Part shown: piece after piece, positions 1 through 8,652 of the stretch | Numbering within the stretch: the first letter of the stretch is position 1 | Layout of the letters: each line of letters starts with the position of its first letter | NCBI RefSeq assembly: GCF_000009045.1 | Contig: NC_000964.3 | Coordinates: 840,001 to 872,000 of the forward strand | Source of the DNA: Bacillus subtilis subsp. subtilis str. 168 | GTDB taxonomy: Bacteria; Bacillota; Bacilli; Bacillales; Bacillaceae | Length of the DNA stretch: 32,000 nucleotides | Direction: 5' to 3' | Translations under genes and position numbers: made by a program | Notes under the pieces: model-generated | Told to the model about the DNA's origin: nothing | The model's database searches: none | What the model saw: only the letters and a program-made list of their open reading frames with translations

Positions 1-484
1 TGACGGTAAAGCCTTGAGAGCGTGCTTCATGATAAACGGCTCTTCCGATCTGGTTTTGGCGCTTGCCCGCTTTTGCCTGCTGAAGCCCCTTTTGAAAAGC
101 GTTTTCCGCGCATTGGCAAAGCTTATGAAGGCGTTCTTCTCCTTCACCGAGCACAAATGAGATGCCTGTGTCGGAATAGAAGCCGCCAAATTCAGCGGAG
201 ATGTCGATGTTGACAAGGTCCCCTGCTTTTAAAATTTTGGATGTGCTTGGTATGCCGTGAGCCACTTCATCATTTACGCTGATACATGTCACACCTGGAA
301 AATCGTATTCCTTCTCAGGAGCTGAAACGGCGCCGTGCTCATCAAGCACAGCTTTTCCGATAAGGTCAAGGTCTTTTGTGCTCATGCCGGGCTCTGCCTT
401 CCGCTTCATTTCTTCACGCGCAAGCGCGACGATTCTTCCGATTTTTTTCAGGCCTTCTAATTCTTGATCGTTTGTTACAATCAT
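1..484 (-). CDS. mapB: Type I methionine aminopeptidase, 5' portion; gene continues past the left edge
   Basis: Absent from the ORF track because it has no stop in the window. Reverse-strand translation from ATG at 484: MIVTNDQELEGLKKIGRIVALAREEMKRKAEPGMSTKDLDLIGKAVLDEHGAVSAPEKEYDFPGVTCISVNDEVAHGIPS..., typical of MetAP. Also called yflG. Confidence 0.9.
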   Translation of the reverse strand, partial: MIVTNDQELEGLKKIGRIVALAREEMKRKAEPGMSTKDLDLIGKAVLDEHGAVSAPEKEYDFPGVTCISVNDEVAHGIPSTSKILKAGDLVNIDISAEFGGFYSDTGISFVLGEGEERLHKLCQCAENAFQKGLQQAKAGKRQNQIGRAVYHEARSQGFTV

Positions 485-589
485 CTGTCATTCCCGCTTT
501 CTTTTTAAATAATCTAGATTAAGCTTACCACAACTGTCTTAAAAATAGGAAACACACGGACCTGGGAAAAAAGAAATACCCCCGGGAAA

Positions 590-607
590 ATTGGTATAGA
601 TCACTAG
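590..607 (+). promoter_or_regulatory. Candidate NagR (YvoA) operator (dre site) upstream of nagP
   Basis: ATTGGTATAGATCACTAG closely resembles the remembered dre motif (ATTGGTATAGAC...) of GntR/HutC regulator NagR. It lies about 50 nt upstream of the nagP start. Confidence 0.65.
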
Positions 608-655
608 ATATCTTATATGGTATATTTGAAAAAAAAGGGTATGAGGGGGATGGGT

Positions 656-2014
656 ATGCTTTCATTTTTACAAAAACTCGGGAAGTCATTTATGCTCCCG
701 ATTGCGGTTCTGCCTGCGGTTGGAATTATCCTTGCGCTTGGCAGAGAGGATGTATTTAATATCCCGTTTGTCTATCAGGCGGGGACGGCGGTTTTTGATC
801 ATCTGCCGCTTATTTTTGCGATCGGTATTGCCATCGGCATTTCAAAAGACAGCAATGGGGCAGCGGGTTTATCAGGGGCGATATCGTATCTGATGCTTGA
901 CGCGGCAACAAAGACAATTGATAAAACAAATAACATGGCGGTGTTTGGGGGAATTATTGCCGGTTTAATTGCCGGTTACACCTATAACCGCTTCAAGGAT
1001 ACCAAGCTGCCTGAATATCTCGGGTTCTTCAGTGGCAGACGGCTTGTGCCGATTTTAACAGCCATTATTACGATCATTTTAGCGGGCATATTCGGAGTGG
1101 TCTGGCCGCCGATTCAATCGTGTATCAACTCGTTTGGAGAGTGGATGCTCGGGCTCGGCGGCATCGGGGCAGGCATATTCGGCCTATTCAACAGGCTGTT
1201 AATTCCGCTTGGCCTTCACCATGTGCTGAACAATATTTTCTGGTTCCAATTCGGAGAATATAACGGAGTGACAGGGGATTTGGCGCGCTTTTTCGCGAAA
1301 GATCCGACTGCGGGCACATATATGACCGGATTTTTCCCAATCATGATGTTCGGTCTTCCGGCGGCGTGTCTGGCTATGGTTGTGACTGCGAAGCCGTCTA
1401 AACGGAAAGCGACGGCTGGAATGATGATTGGATTTGCTTTAACGGCGTTTATCACAGGGATTACGGAGCCGATTGAGTTTGCATTTATGTTTTTATCTCC
1501 GCTTTTATACGCTGTTCACGCGGTCTTAACCGGGTTATCTTTATTTATCGTCAACTGGCTCGGCATCCGCTCAGGCTTCTCTTTTTCAGCCGGAGCTATC
1601 GATTATGTGCTCAGCTATGGAATCGCGGAAAAACCGCTGCTTCTGCTTTTGGTAGGTATATGCTATGCGGCAGTATACTTTATCGTGTTTTATGTACTGA
1701 TTAAGGCTTTGAATTTAAAAACGCCTGGACGGGAAGACGATGATGTGGATGAAGTGCTGGATGAAAATACTGTTCAGGATGTAAATGAAAACATCATGCT
1801 GAAAGGGCTCGGCGGAAAAGAAAACCTTCAAACCATTGATCATTGCGCCACAAGGCTGCGACTGACTGTGAAGGATACCGCTTTGGTGGATGAAGCACTG
1901 CTAAAGAAAGCAGGCGCAAAAGGGGTTGTCAAATCGGGCGGGCAATCGGTTCAAGTCATTATTGGCCCGAATGTGGAATTTGCAGCTGAGGAATTGAGGG
2001 CTGCTGTCAAATAA
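656..2014 (+). CDS. nagP: PTS N-acetylglucosamine-specific enzyme IICB
   Basis: PTS EIIC domain followed by an EIIB domain with the active-site Cys context 'IDHCATRLRLTV'. Start moved from 617 to ATG 656 (MLSFLQKLGKSFML..., 452 aa), preceded by a G-rich RBS. Confidence 0.93.
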   Translation: MLSFLQKLGKSFMLPIAVLPAVGIILALGREDVFNIPFVYQAGTAVFDHLPLIFAIGIAIGISKDSNGAAGLSGAISYLMLDAATKTIDKTNNMAVFGGIIAGLIAGYTYNRFKDTKLPEYLGFFSGRRLVPILTAIITIILAGIFGVVWPPIQSCINSFGEWMLGLGGIGAGIFGLFNRLLIPLGLHHVLNNIFWFQFGEYNGVTGDLARFFAKDPTAGTYMTGFFPIMMFGLPAACLAMVVTAKPSKRKATAGMMIGFALTAFITGITEPIEFAFMFLSPLLYAVHAVLTGLSLFIVNWLGIRSGFSFSAGAIDYVLSYGIAEKPLLLLLVGICYAAVYFIVFYVLIKALNLKTPGREDDDVDEVLDENTVQDVNENIMLKGLGGKENLQTIDHCATRLRLTVKDTALVDEALLKKAGAKGVVKSGGQSVQVIIGPNVEFAAEELRAAVK

Positions 2015-2046
2015 AAAAGCGGAGAGGGCAACCTCTCCGCTTTTTC
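2015..2046. terminator. Bidirectional intrinsic terminator between nagP and ltaS
   Basis: AAAAAAGCGGAGAGGGCAACCTCTCCGCTTTTTTC: GC-rich stem with A and T tracts on both sides, between convergent genes. Confidence 0.9.
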
Positions 2047-3996
2047 TTATTTATCTTCGTTATCCTTTGACGTTTCGGAAGAATCTTCGTCATGTTTTGT
2101 GTAATCATAATCAGAAGGATTCACCTTCTTAAAACCTTTCGGCTCGTAGAACCGCAGCAGGTCTCCGTTTATGATTTTATCGGACATTTCAAGTTCCTTC
2201 TTGACGAGTGAGTCTTCTGACTTGTCGACTTCGGATTCATCGAGTTCTTTTCCGGTTTTCGTGTCGTAATACTTACCGGATATTTTCGTGTACTTCGGTG
2301 AAATAAAGTCTCCGTTTCGGAACGGAATCACTTCACGGTGTTCTTTCGATAAAATATCAGAACCGGACATCAGATAGTCCTTCGTATCCACTCCGAGCAG
2401 ATGCAGAATGGTAGGAGCCACATCAACGTCTCCGGCATATTTATGAACTTTCTCGCCCTTCACGCCGGCAGCGTGGATAAAGAGCGGCACCCGTTGAAGC
2501 TGGGCGTTGTCGTAATCAGTGATTTCATCCTTGCCAAGCACTTTCGCCATCGCTTTATTGTGGTTTTCAGAGATGCCGTAGTGGTCTCCGTACATCACAA
2601 TAATCGATTTATCATATAACCCGTCTTTTTTCAGATCATTGAAGAATTGTTCAATGGACTGATCAAGGTAATGGGCTGACTGGAAATAGTTATCGACGAC
2701 AGAGTCACCAAAGTCTCCAGCCGGGAAGTCTGTATCCCCCTCATCCATTCCGAATGGGAAGTGGTTGGAAAGGGTAATGAACTTCGTATAGAACGGCTGC
2801 GGCAGGCTTTCCAGCAGCGGCATTGATTCTTTGAAGAACGGTTTGTCTTTCATGCCGTAGTTTTTCGTGTTTTCTTCGTTCATGTCATAGTAAGCAGAAT
2901 CAAAGAATTTATCAATGCCTTCCGCCTTGTACATTTCGTTACGGTTCCAGAACGTCTGCGTGTTCCCGTGGAAAGTAGCAGATGTGTAATTCTTAGACTT
3001 CAGAATCGCCGGAACGGATTGCAGCGTGTTTTGCGCTTTGTTTACGAAAACTGAACCTTGAGCCAGCGGGTACAGAGAGTTTTCCATCATAAATTCAGCA
3101 TCAGATGTTTTACCTTGTCCCGTTTGGTGGAAAAAGTTATCAAAGTAGAACGTTTCGTTATCATGTGCCAGTTTATTTAAGAATGGTGTCACTTCTTTGC
3201 CGTCAATTTTATAGTCGATGATAAATGACTGCAAAGATTCAAGTGAAACGTAAATGACGTTTTTTCCTTCCGCTTTGCCGAAATACACGTTATTCGGCAC
3301 ATCGTAATTGGCTTTCATGTAGTTTTCTACTTCCGTTACGTCGCTGGAATCGGCAAGCGCGCGCTGGCTGTTGGACTTGATATTCTGTACAGCGTCATAA
3401 ATCGTGAAATTGTATGTTCCCAAGTATTTCACAAGATAGTTCCGGTCGAATGATCTTGTCAGCAATTCAGGACGGTCTGATTCCGCAACTGCCAGGTTGA
3501 TCAAGAACACAAGAATTGAAGACGCAAAAATAATTCGGAACGATTTTTTGCTTGACGTTTCGGCAGGCTTGTTTACTTTGATCGCCAAGATGATCAGGAT
3601 GATCGTATCGATAAAGTAAAAGGCGTCAGTCGGTCTCATCAGCGAAAATGCGCTGTCACCGAGTTGGCCGCCGTTTGTTTTAGCCTGCATAATGACCGGA
3701 ATTGTAATAAAATCATTGAAAAATCTGTAGTACACAATGTTGGCGTACAGTAAAAAAGACATTAAAAAATGAATCACTATAATGGCTGTCTGCTGTAATT
3801 TTTTCTTGAACAAGAGTCCAAAGCCAAGAAAGAACAAGCTTGAGCTAAGAGGATTCACAAAAAGCAATATTTTTTGTATCGTGTTGTCTATTCCTAAGTT
3901 GAAATTCAGGACATAACCGACATACGTTTTGATCCATAACAGGACGACCGCAATTAAGAAGAAGGCCAGTCCTCTTTCTTTTATAAATGTTTTCAT
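2047..3996 (-). CDS. ltaS: Polyglycerolphosphate lipoteichoic acid synthase (alkaline phosphatase/sulfatase superfamily)
   Basis: 649 aa. Five N-terminal TM segments, then an extracellular sulfatase-like domain (NVIYVSLESLQSFIIDYKIDGKEVTPFLNKL, VMYGDHYGISENHN). Confidence 0.93.
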   Translation of the reverse strand: MKTFIKERGLAFFLIAVVLLWIKTYVGYVLNFNLGIDNTIQKILLFVNPLSSSLFFLGFGLLFKKKLQQTAIIVIHFLMSFLLYANIVYYRFFNDFITIPVIMQAKTNGGQLGDSAFSLMRPTDAFYFIDTIILIILAIKVNKPAETSSKKSFRIIFASSILVFLINLAVAESDRPELLTRSFDRNYLVKYLGTYNFTIYDAVQNIKSNSQRALADSSDVTEVENYMKANYDVPNNVYFGKAEGKNVIYVSLESLQSFIIDYKIDGKEVTPFLNKLAHDNETFYFDNFFHQTGQGKTSDAEFMMENSLYPLAQGSVFVNKAQNTLQSVPAILKSKNYTSATFHGNTQTFWNRNEMYKAEGIDKFFDSAYYDMNEENTKNYGMKDKPFFKESMPLLESLPQPFYTKFITLSNHFPFGMDEGDTDFPAGDFGDSVVDNYFQSAHYLDQSIEQFFNDLKKDGLYDKSIIVMYGDHYGISENHNKAMAKVLGKDEITDYDNAQLQRVPLFIHAAGVKGEKVHKYAGDVDVAPTILHLLGVDTKDYLMSGSDILSKEHREVIPFRNGDFISPKYTKISGKYYDTKTGKELDESEVDKSEDSLVKKELEMSDKIINGDLLRFYEPKGFKKVNPSDYDYTKHDEDSSETSKDNEDK

Positions 3997-4252
3997 TGTT
4001 ACACTCCTTTTTTCCGATCCAGTTCGAGCGAAACGATAGAAAAAACGAACGTATCCAATATAACACGAATCAGCAGATTAGAAAAGTGAAAATCGTATGA
4101 GGGAGAAAGTGGCGAAAAACGCCGTCGAATCAACGTTTCGCTTTGATATTACCAAATGTAAAACAAGGTATCTTTCTAGAAATAAAGGAATAAAATGGTA
4201 CATTGAGAATTGTATGATAAAATATAAGGTATAGATAAAAAGAGGTGAAATG

Positions 4253-4645
4253 ATGGATTTTTCCCATATTGTGTCTGAAGATAAAATTAAGCGCGCCATC
4301 AAAGACGGGGACTTTCAAAACCTCCCGGGAATGGGGAAGCCGCTGCCGAAGGATGACGCGGCACACTTGCCGGAATCGCTGCGCATGGGCTATCGTATTT
4401 TGAAAAACGCGGGAATGGCAGAGGACGAGGGCGCGCTCAAAAAAGAGCTTATGACCATCGACCATTTAATCGAAAAGTGCTATGACGAAAAAGAACGCGA
4501 GCAATTAATCAGAAAAAAATCTGAAAAGCAATTGCTGCTTGATAAGCTTGTCGACAAAAAAGGCATGTTTTCAAAGCCAGCATCCGCTTTTTATAAGAAT
4601 AAAGTATATGACCGGCTTGGACGAAACAGACCTTCTTCCAGCTGA
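4253..4645 (+). CDS. yflB: DUF1992 / DnaJ-homologue family protein YflB
   Basis: About 130 aa. DUF1992-like 'FQNLPGMGKPLPKDD...LRMGYRILKNAGMAEDE'. The second ATG (4253) has better spacing from AGAGGTG than the track start 4250. Confidence 0.82.
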   Translation: MDFSHIVSEDKIKRAIKDGDFQNLPGMGKPLPKDDAAHLPESLRMGYRILKNAGMAEDEGALKKELMTIDHLIEKCYDEKEREQLIRKKSEKQLLLDKLVDKKGMFSKPASAFYKNKVYDRLGRNRPSSS

Positions 4646-4657
4646 TTTGTCTTGTCT

Positions 4658-4691
4658 GCAGGATGGCGATTGATAAAAGCCATCCTTTTTA
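4658..4691 (+). terminator. Intrinsic terminator downstream of yflB
   Basis: GGATGGC (4661-4667) pairs with GCCATCC (4679-4685), followed by TTTTT. Confidence 0.75.
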
Positions 4692-4769
4692 TGTTCCAAG
4701 TTCTATGTCAAAAGGTTTATGTTTTTCCATCTATGGGAAATGATTCATAAACGAAAAAAGGGTGATGGG

Positions 4770-6185
4770 ATGGAACGACTATTAGTATGGATAGAGCATA
4801 TATCTGATTGGCTGTGGGGTCCGCCGCTAATCATCCTGCTGACGGGGACGGGCTTGTATTTCACTATTTTGCTGAAAGGTTTTCAATTTCGCTATCCTTT
4901 ATACATTTTCAAACAGACAATCGGCAGTGTAGGAAAAAAGCCGAAGGGAGAAGGCACAGTCACACCGCTTCAGGCATTGACCTCAGCCCTCAGTTCAACG
5001 ATCGGTGCAGCGAACATTGTCGGTGTGCCCGCCGCTATTATGTTTGGGGGACCAGGAGCGGTTTTTTGGATGTGGCTTATTGCCTTATTTGCCATGGCGA
5101 TTAAGTTTTCTGAAAGTGTTCTTGCTGTTCATTACAGAGAAAAAAATGAGCAGGGTGAATACGTCGGGGGACCGATGTATTACATAACAAAAGGGCTGCG
5201 CATGAAATGGCTCGGCGTATTCTTCTCTGTTGCGCTGATTGTGGAGCTGATTCCCAGCATTATGGTTCAGGGAAATTCGGTTTCAGTCTCGCTTGCCGAG
5301 ACGTTTTCTTTCAATAAAATATACGCAGGAATCGGAATTGCATTTTTGATTGGGTTAGTGGTGATAGGAGGGGTAAAGCGGATCGGAAAAGTAACAGAGT
5401 TTGTCGTGCCTCTTATGGCAGGGGCATACGCAGGTGCCGGTCTCCTGATTGTTCTCATGAATCTATCATCAGTGCCGGCGTTTTTCTCTCTCGTTTTTTC
5501 AAATGCGTTTACCTCTTCTTCAGCAGTTGGAGGGTTCGCAGGTGCTGCGTTGGCGGAAACCGTTCGCTGGGGATTTGCCCGCGGGCTGTATTCTAATGAA
5601 GCCGGGATGGGAACAGCCCCGATTGCACATGCGGCAGCAATGACTGATCATCCTGTGCGGCAAGGGTTTTGGTCTGTGATCGGCATTGTCATTGACACCT
5701 TAATCATCTGTACGACTACCGCTTTTATCGTCCTTGCATCCGGTGTATGGACAGGGAAGAACGCCTCAAATGACCCGGCAGCACTGACAACGGCCGCATT
5801 TCAGCACTATTTCGGTTCTGGAGGAGGATACTTCGTTTCGGTTTCCCTGGTCTTCTTTGTCGTATCAACCATTATGGTTGTCATTTTTTACGGCGTAAAG
5901 CAAGCTGAATTTCTGTTCGGGCGGCTGGCAGGACATGTGATTAAATTCGTTTATTTAGCGGCTATTATCATAGGTGCCGCAGGCGGAGCAAAAGCCATTT
6001 GGGGCGTATTGGACTTAGCATTGGTTTTTATTGTTGTCCCGAATGTGATTGCGCTCTTGTTATTGAGCAGAAAGGTAAAAGCGCTGTACACCGAATTCTT
6101 TACATCTGAACAGTACTACCTGAAAGATATAAGAAAAACGAAACAAAAGCCTGTTTATCCAACAAAAGAAGCTAAAAATTCCTAG
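4770..6185 (+). CDS. yflA: Alanine/glycine:cation (sodium) symporter family protein YflA
   Basis: AGCS signatures: 'TALTSALSSTIGAANIVGVPAAIMFGGPGAVFWMWLIALF', 'GLYSNEAGMGTAPIAHAAA'. Start moved from 4719 to ATG 4770 (471 aa), which has an AAGGGTG RBS. Confidence 0.9.
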   Translation: MERLLVWIEHISDWLWGPPLIILLTGTGLYFTILLKGFQFRYPLYIFKQTIGSVGKKPKGEGTVTPLQALTSALSSTIGAANIVGVPAAIMFGGPGAVFWMWLIALFAMAIKFSESVLAVHYREKNEQGEYVGGPMYYITKGLRMKWLGVFFSVALIVELIPSIMVQGNSVSVSLAETFSFNKIYAGIGIAFLIGLVVIGGVKRIGKVTEFVVPLMAGAYAGAGLLIVLMNLSSVPAFFSLVFSNAFTSSSAVGGFAGAALAETVRWGFARGLYSNEAGMGTAPIAHAAAMTDHPVRQGFWSVIGIVIDTLIICTTTAFIVLASGVWTGKNASNDPAALTTAAFQHYFGSGGGYFVSVSLVFFVVSTIMVVIFYGVKQAEFLFGRLAGHVIKFVYLAAIIIGAAGGAKAIWGVLDLALVFIVVPNVIALLLLSRKVKALYTEFFTSEQYYLKDIRKTKQKPVYPTKEAKNS

Positions 6186-7258
6186 TGTTTTGCTTTTGCG
6201 CCGAACAATGCTTTGCTTTTTATGATCAAATAAATGAGTAAAGGCAGCAAAAGAGAAATCACTACATTAATGATTGGTTTGATTCTGTTAAAGTCGATTA
6301 GCTGATTTGTATTTAAAAAAAACCAAAAGCCGCATACGACTGAGAACATGCCGGTTGGTGTATACATGGCTTTCGGGTCGATTTTTGAGTGTAAAAACGA
6401 AAGGCCGTATACCACGATATATAGGGAACCTGCTATCTTCACCATAATGACCGGAATCCAAAAAGCCGCGATGATCAGGTCTGAGCGATCCAGAAAATCC
6501 GTAATGCGGATCTGCCTGATGACCATATAAGCAGGATCAAAGAAAGTAGATGTCAGGTTGGGACCAAAGACAGAAATTGAAGAAAATAACATCACGGCCA
6601 GCAATAAAGCGCCCAGCAGTATCGCGAAAATGGTGTATTTTAGCGGGACGCTCCGGTTTGAGAAGAGAAGCGGAAGGATAATCAATTCCCCCATTGTCCC
6701 AAACGCGTAATAGCCTGATTGAAGGTATGGGATTAGACCTTCAAAAACAGGTGTCAAGTTTTGAAGCTCAATTTGTGTGGCCAGCGTAAATGGAAGGAAC
6801 AAGACCAGGATGCCGAATGGAAATAGGAATATCTGCGCCATTCTGGTCAATGTTTCTTTTCCCTCTCTGGCAATACAGATCGCCACAAAGATAATAACAC
6901 CGCCAAGAACAGCCATTGGTGTTCTCGGGAGAAATAAAATGTTAATCAAATTGATGAAAAAACGTATATCATGAGCATTGATTAACAGGAAATACAAAGA
7001 AAACAGTAAAATGATAATCCGGCCTGCGATTGGTGAGGAATCGCTCAGCAGCTCATAGATATTTTTATCCTGATGCTTTTTCATCAGCCTATGCATGAGC
7101 CAGAGTGCCGGAATCACGATGACAACGCCGAGGATGTAGCTGTGCCAGGCATTTTGTTTTGCTGATTCGATCATGAGAATCGGAGCATGCTTTAATCCGA
7201 CTGCTAACGTATACAGAGCTCCGAAAAATAATCCTTGGTATGCAGAGGTCTTGTCCAT
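6182..7258 (-). CDS. yfkT: Spore germination protein, GerAB-type (B subunit) integral membrane transporter-like
   Basis: GerAB/endospore germination permease-like multi-TM protein (YQGLFFGALYTLAVGLKHAP...). Internal ATG at 7258 (MDKTSAYQG, 358 aa) preceded by GAAAGGATG is preferred over the track start 7285. Confidence 0.88.
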   Translation of the reverse strand: MDKTSAYQGLFFGALYTLAVGLKHAPILMIESAKQNAWHSYILGVVIVIPALWLMHRLMKKHQDKNIYELLSDSSPIAGRIIILLFSLYFLLINAHDIRFFINLINILFLPRTPMAVLGGVIIFVAICIAREGKETLTRMAQIFLFPFGILVLFLPFTLATQIELQNLTPVFEGLIPYLQSGYYAFGTMGELIILPLLFSNRSVPLKYTIFAILLGALLLAVMLFSSISVFGPNLTSTFFDPAYMVIRQIRITDFLDRSDLIIAAFWIPVIMVKIAGSLYIVVYGLSFLHSKIDPKAMYTPTGMFSVVCGFWFFLNTNQLIDFNRIKPIINVVISLLLPLLIYLIIKSKALFGAKAKH

Positions 7259-7281
7259 AAAGCACATCCTTTCTGTCATGT

Positions 7282-7482
7282 TCAAAACGGAATATATTTA
7301 AACAGGTGCCCCAGCCGCGGAAGCAGGGGATTCACTCTCATATAAATCCATAGAAAAGCACTTCCTGCAATTAGCAGGCTGAAGGCCCATTTTGTTAGAT
7401 TGTTAGCGGAACGAAAATTCTTCCATTCATATGCGTATATGGCAATGCACACAATCAATGTCTGTACGATATAGCTGATCAT
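7282..7482 (-). CDS. yfkS: Small two-TM membrane protein encoded inside a ger-type operon
   Basis: 66 aa with two hydrophobic helices, lying between the GerAC-like and GerAB-like genes in the same orientation. Confidence 0.8.
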   Translation of the reverse strand: MISYIVQTLIVCIAIYAYEWKNFRSANNLTKWAFSLLIAGSAFLWIYMRVNPLLPRLGHLFKYIPF

Positions 7483-7497
7483 GCTGACGCACCTCCA

Positions 7498-8652
7498 TTA
7501 ATGGCTGATCGTTTTGTATAGGACACCGCCCTGCTCAATCGTCACAATTGGGACGACGTGAACCTCCATATCCTTATATACCTCTTCCCATTCCTTTTTC
7601 AGCAGATTCTTCGTGGTTGCCGTGCTTCTGATGGTCCTGTCTTGAAAGCCGGCCGGGTCCGCCTTTAGCTTTTGCAAACGATGAACGGTGCTGATCACGT
7701 CCTTCTTTATGGTTCTGTTTAATGCTTTTTGAATGATGTAATACTGGTCATTTTCTCTCGTCTCATAGGTTGATTGGTTTTCCATAATAATTCCTTTGGC
7801 TCTGATCTCGATTGTCATTGACAGCTTTCCGTTTTTTTCAGCGGCATGAAAGGATGCATTGGACTTTTGAAGCTGAATGGATGCTTGCCCCATTTGATTC
7901 GGCAGGTCTACTATGAATTCTGGCTGGCGGGCTTGATTCAGCAACATCAGGGCTGCTGTCATGTGTTCATCTTTGAAAATATCCATCAATCTGTCCTTTT
8001 TAAAGATCGCAAGCCCGTCAATTTTCAAATTAGATTTGCCTTTCCCTCCAGGTTTTGTTTTAGATGCAGAGATGACCGGTGCATACGGATCACTGCCTAT
8101 TTCTACTAGATCAGACATGAATCTGCTTAAGAAAACGGGGCGGCTCGTTGCGATAATGGCCAGCTCCCGAATCATTTCCGCCGGAAACTGTTCAAGCTGA
8201 ACATCGGTATTTAAAATGTCCCGCGCTTCTCCCCGGCTGACTAAAATGAGCGCCGTTAATCTGTTCTGCGGATTTCGCGTTAAAATATCAAAGACTGGGG
8301 CAACGCCGTCTCTCGCCATATCCTCTCCAATAATGACTGTACGTCTGTGGGACGTATTGATTGTCCGTGACAAGGAGGTTTGCAGCTTGTTGTTCGCTTC
8401 TCTGATCGTAGTGCCGGAAGCTGAATCAACATACCATGTTTTTGAACCGGCAGTTCCGCCGCCGCCCCCTGTTTGTCCGCCTAATTGGCCGACCAAGGGA
8501 ATCTGCATGGCCACTCGATACTGATCTTTTTTCTTATCAATGGCTGAGCTGACAACAAATGCAATGTCATTGATTTCTGTCCGGTCCCAGCACCCCGTTA
8601 GAAGGATACAAATGAGAAGCGGCAAAACACACTTATATATTGTTTTCTTCAT
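7498..8652 (-). CDS. yfkR: Spore germination lipoprotein, GerAC-type (C subunit)
   Basis: Lipobox 'LLICILLTGCWDRTEINDIAFV', the typical GerAC N-terminus; 384 aa. Confidence 0.92.
   Translation of the reverse strand: MKKTIYKCVLPLLICILLTGCWDRTEINDIAFVVSSAIDKKKDQYRVAMQIPLVGQLGGQTGGGGGTAGSKTWYVDSASGTTIREANNKLQTSLSRTINTSHRRTVIIGEDMARDGVAPVFDILTRNPQNRLTALILVSRGEARDILNTDVQLEQFPAEMIRELAIIATSRPVFLSRFMSDLVEIGSDPYAPVISASKTKPGGKGKSNLKIDGLAIFKKDRLMDIFKDEHMTAALMLLNQARQPEFIVDLPNQMGQASIQLQKSNASFHAAEKNGKLSMTIEIRAKGIIMENQSTYETRENDQYYIIQKALNRTIKKDVISTVHRLQKLKADPAGFQDRTIRSTATTKNLLKKEWEEVYKDMEVHVVPIVTIEQGGVLYKTISH

Noticed and set aside
22-213. Plus-strand ORF of 63 aa
   Set aside because: Lies antisense to clear MetAP coding sequence; Cys/Arg-rich composition typical of a shadow ORF.
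617-655. N-terminal extension of nagP from the track start
   Set aside because: MVYLKKKGMRGMG includes the RBS-like sequence and is not PTS-like; ATG 656 begins the conserved MLSFLQKLGKSFMLP.
6182-6260. Search for a terminator serving yflA or yfkT
   Set aside because: No GC-rich stem with an adjacent T tract seen; left as a finding about missing termination and not called as a feature.
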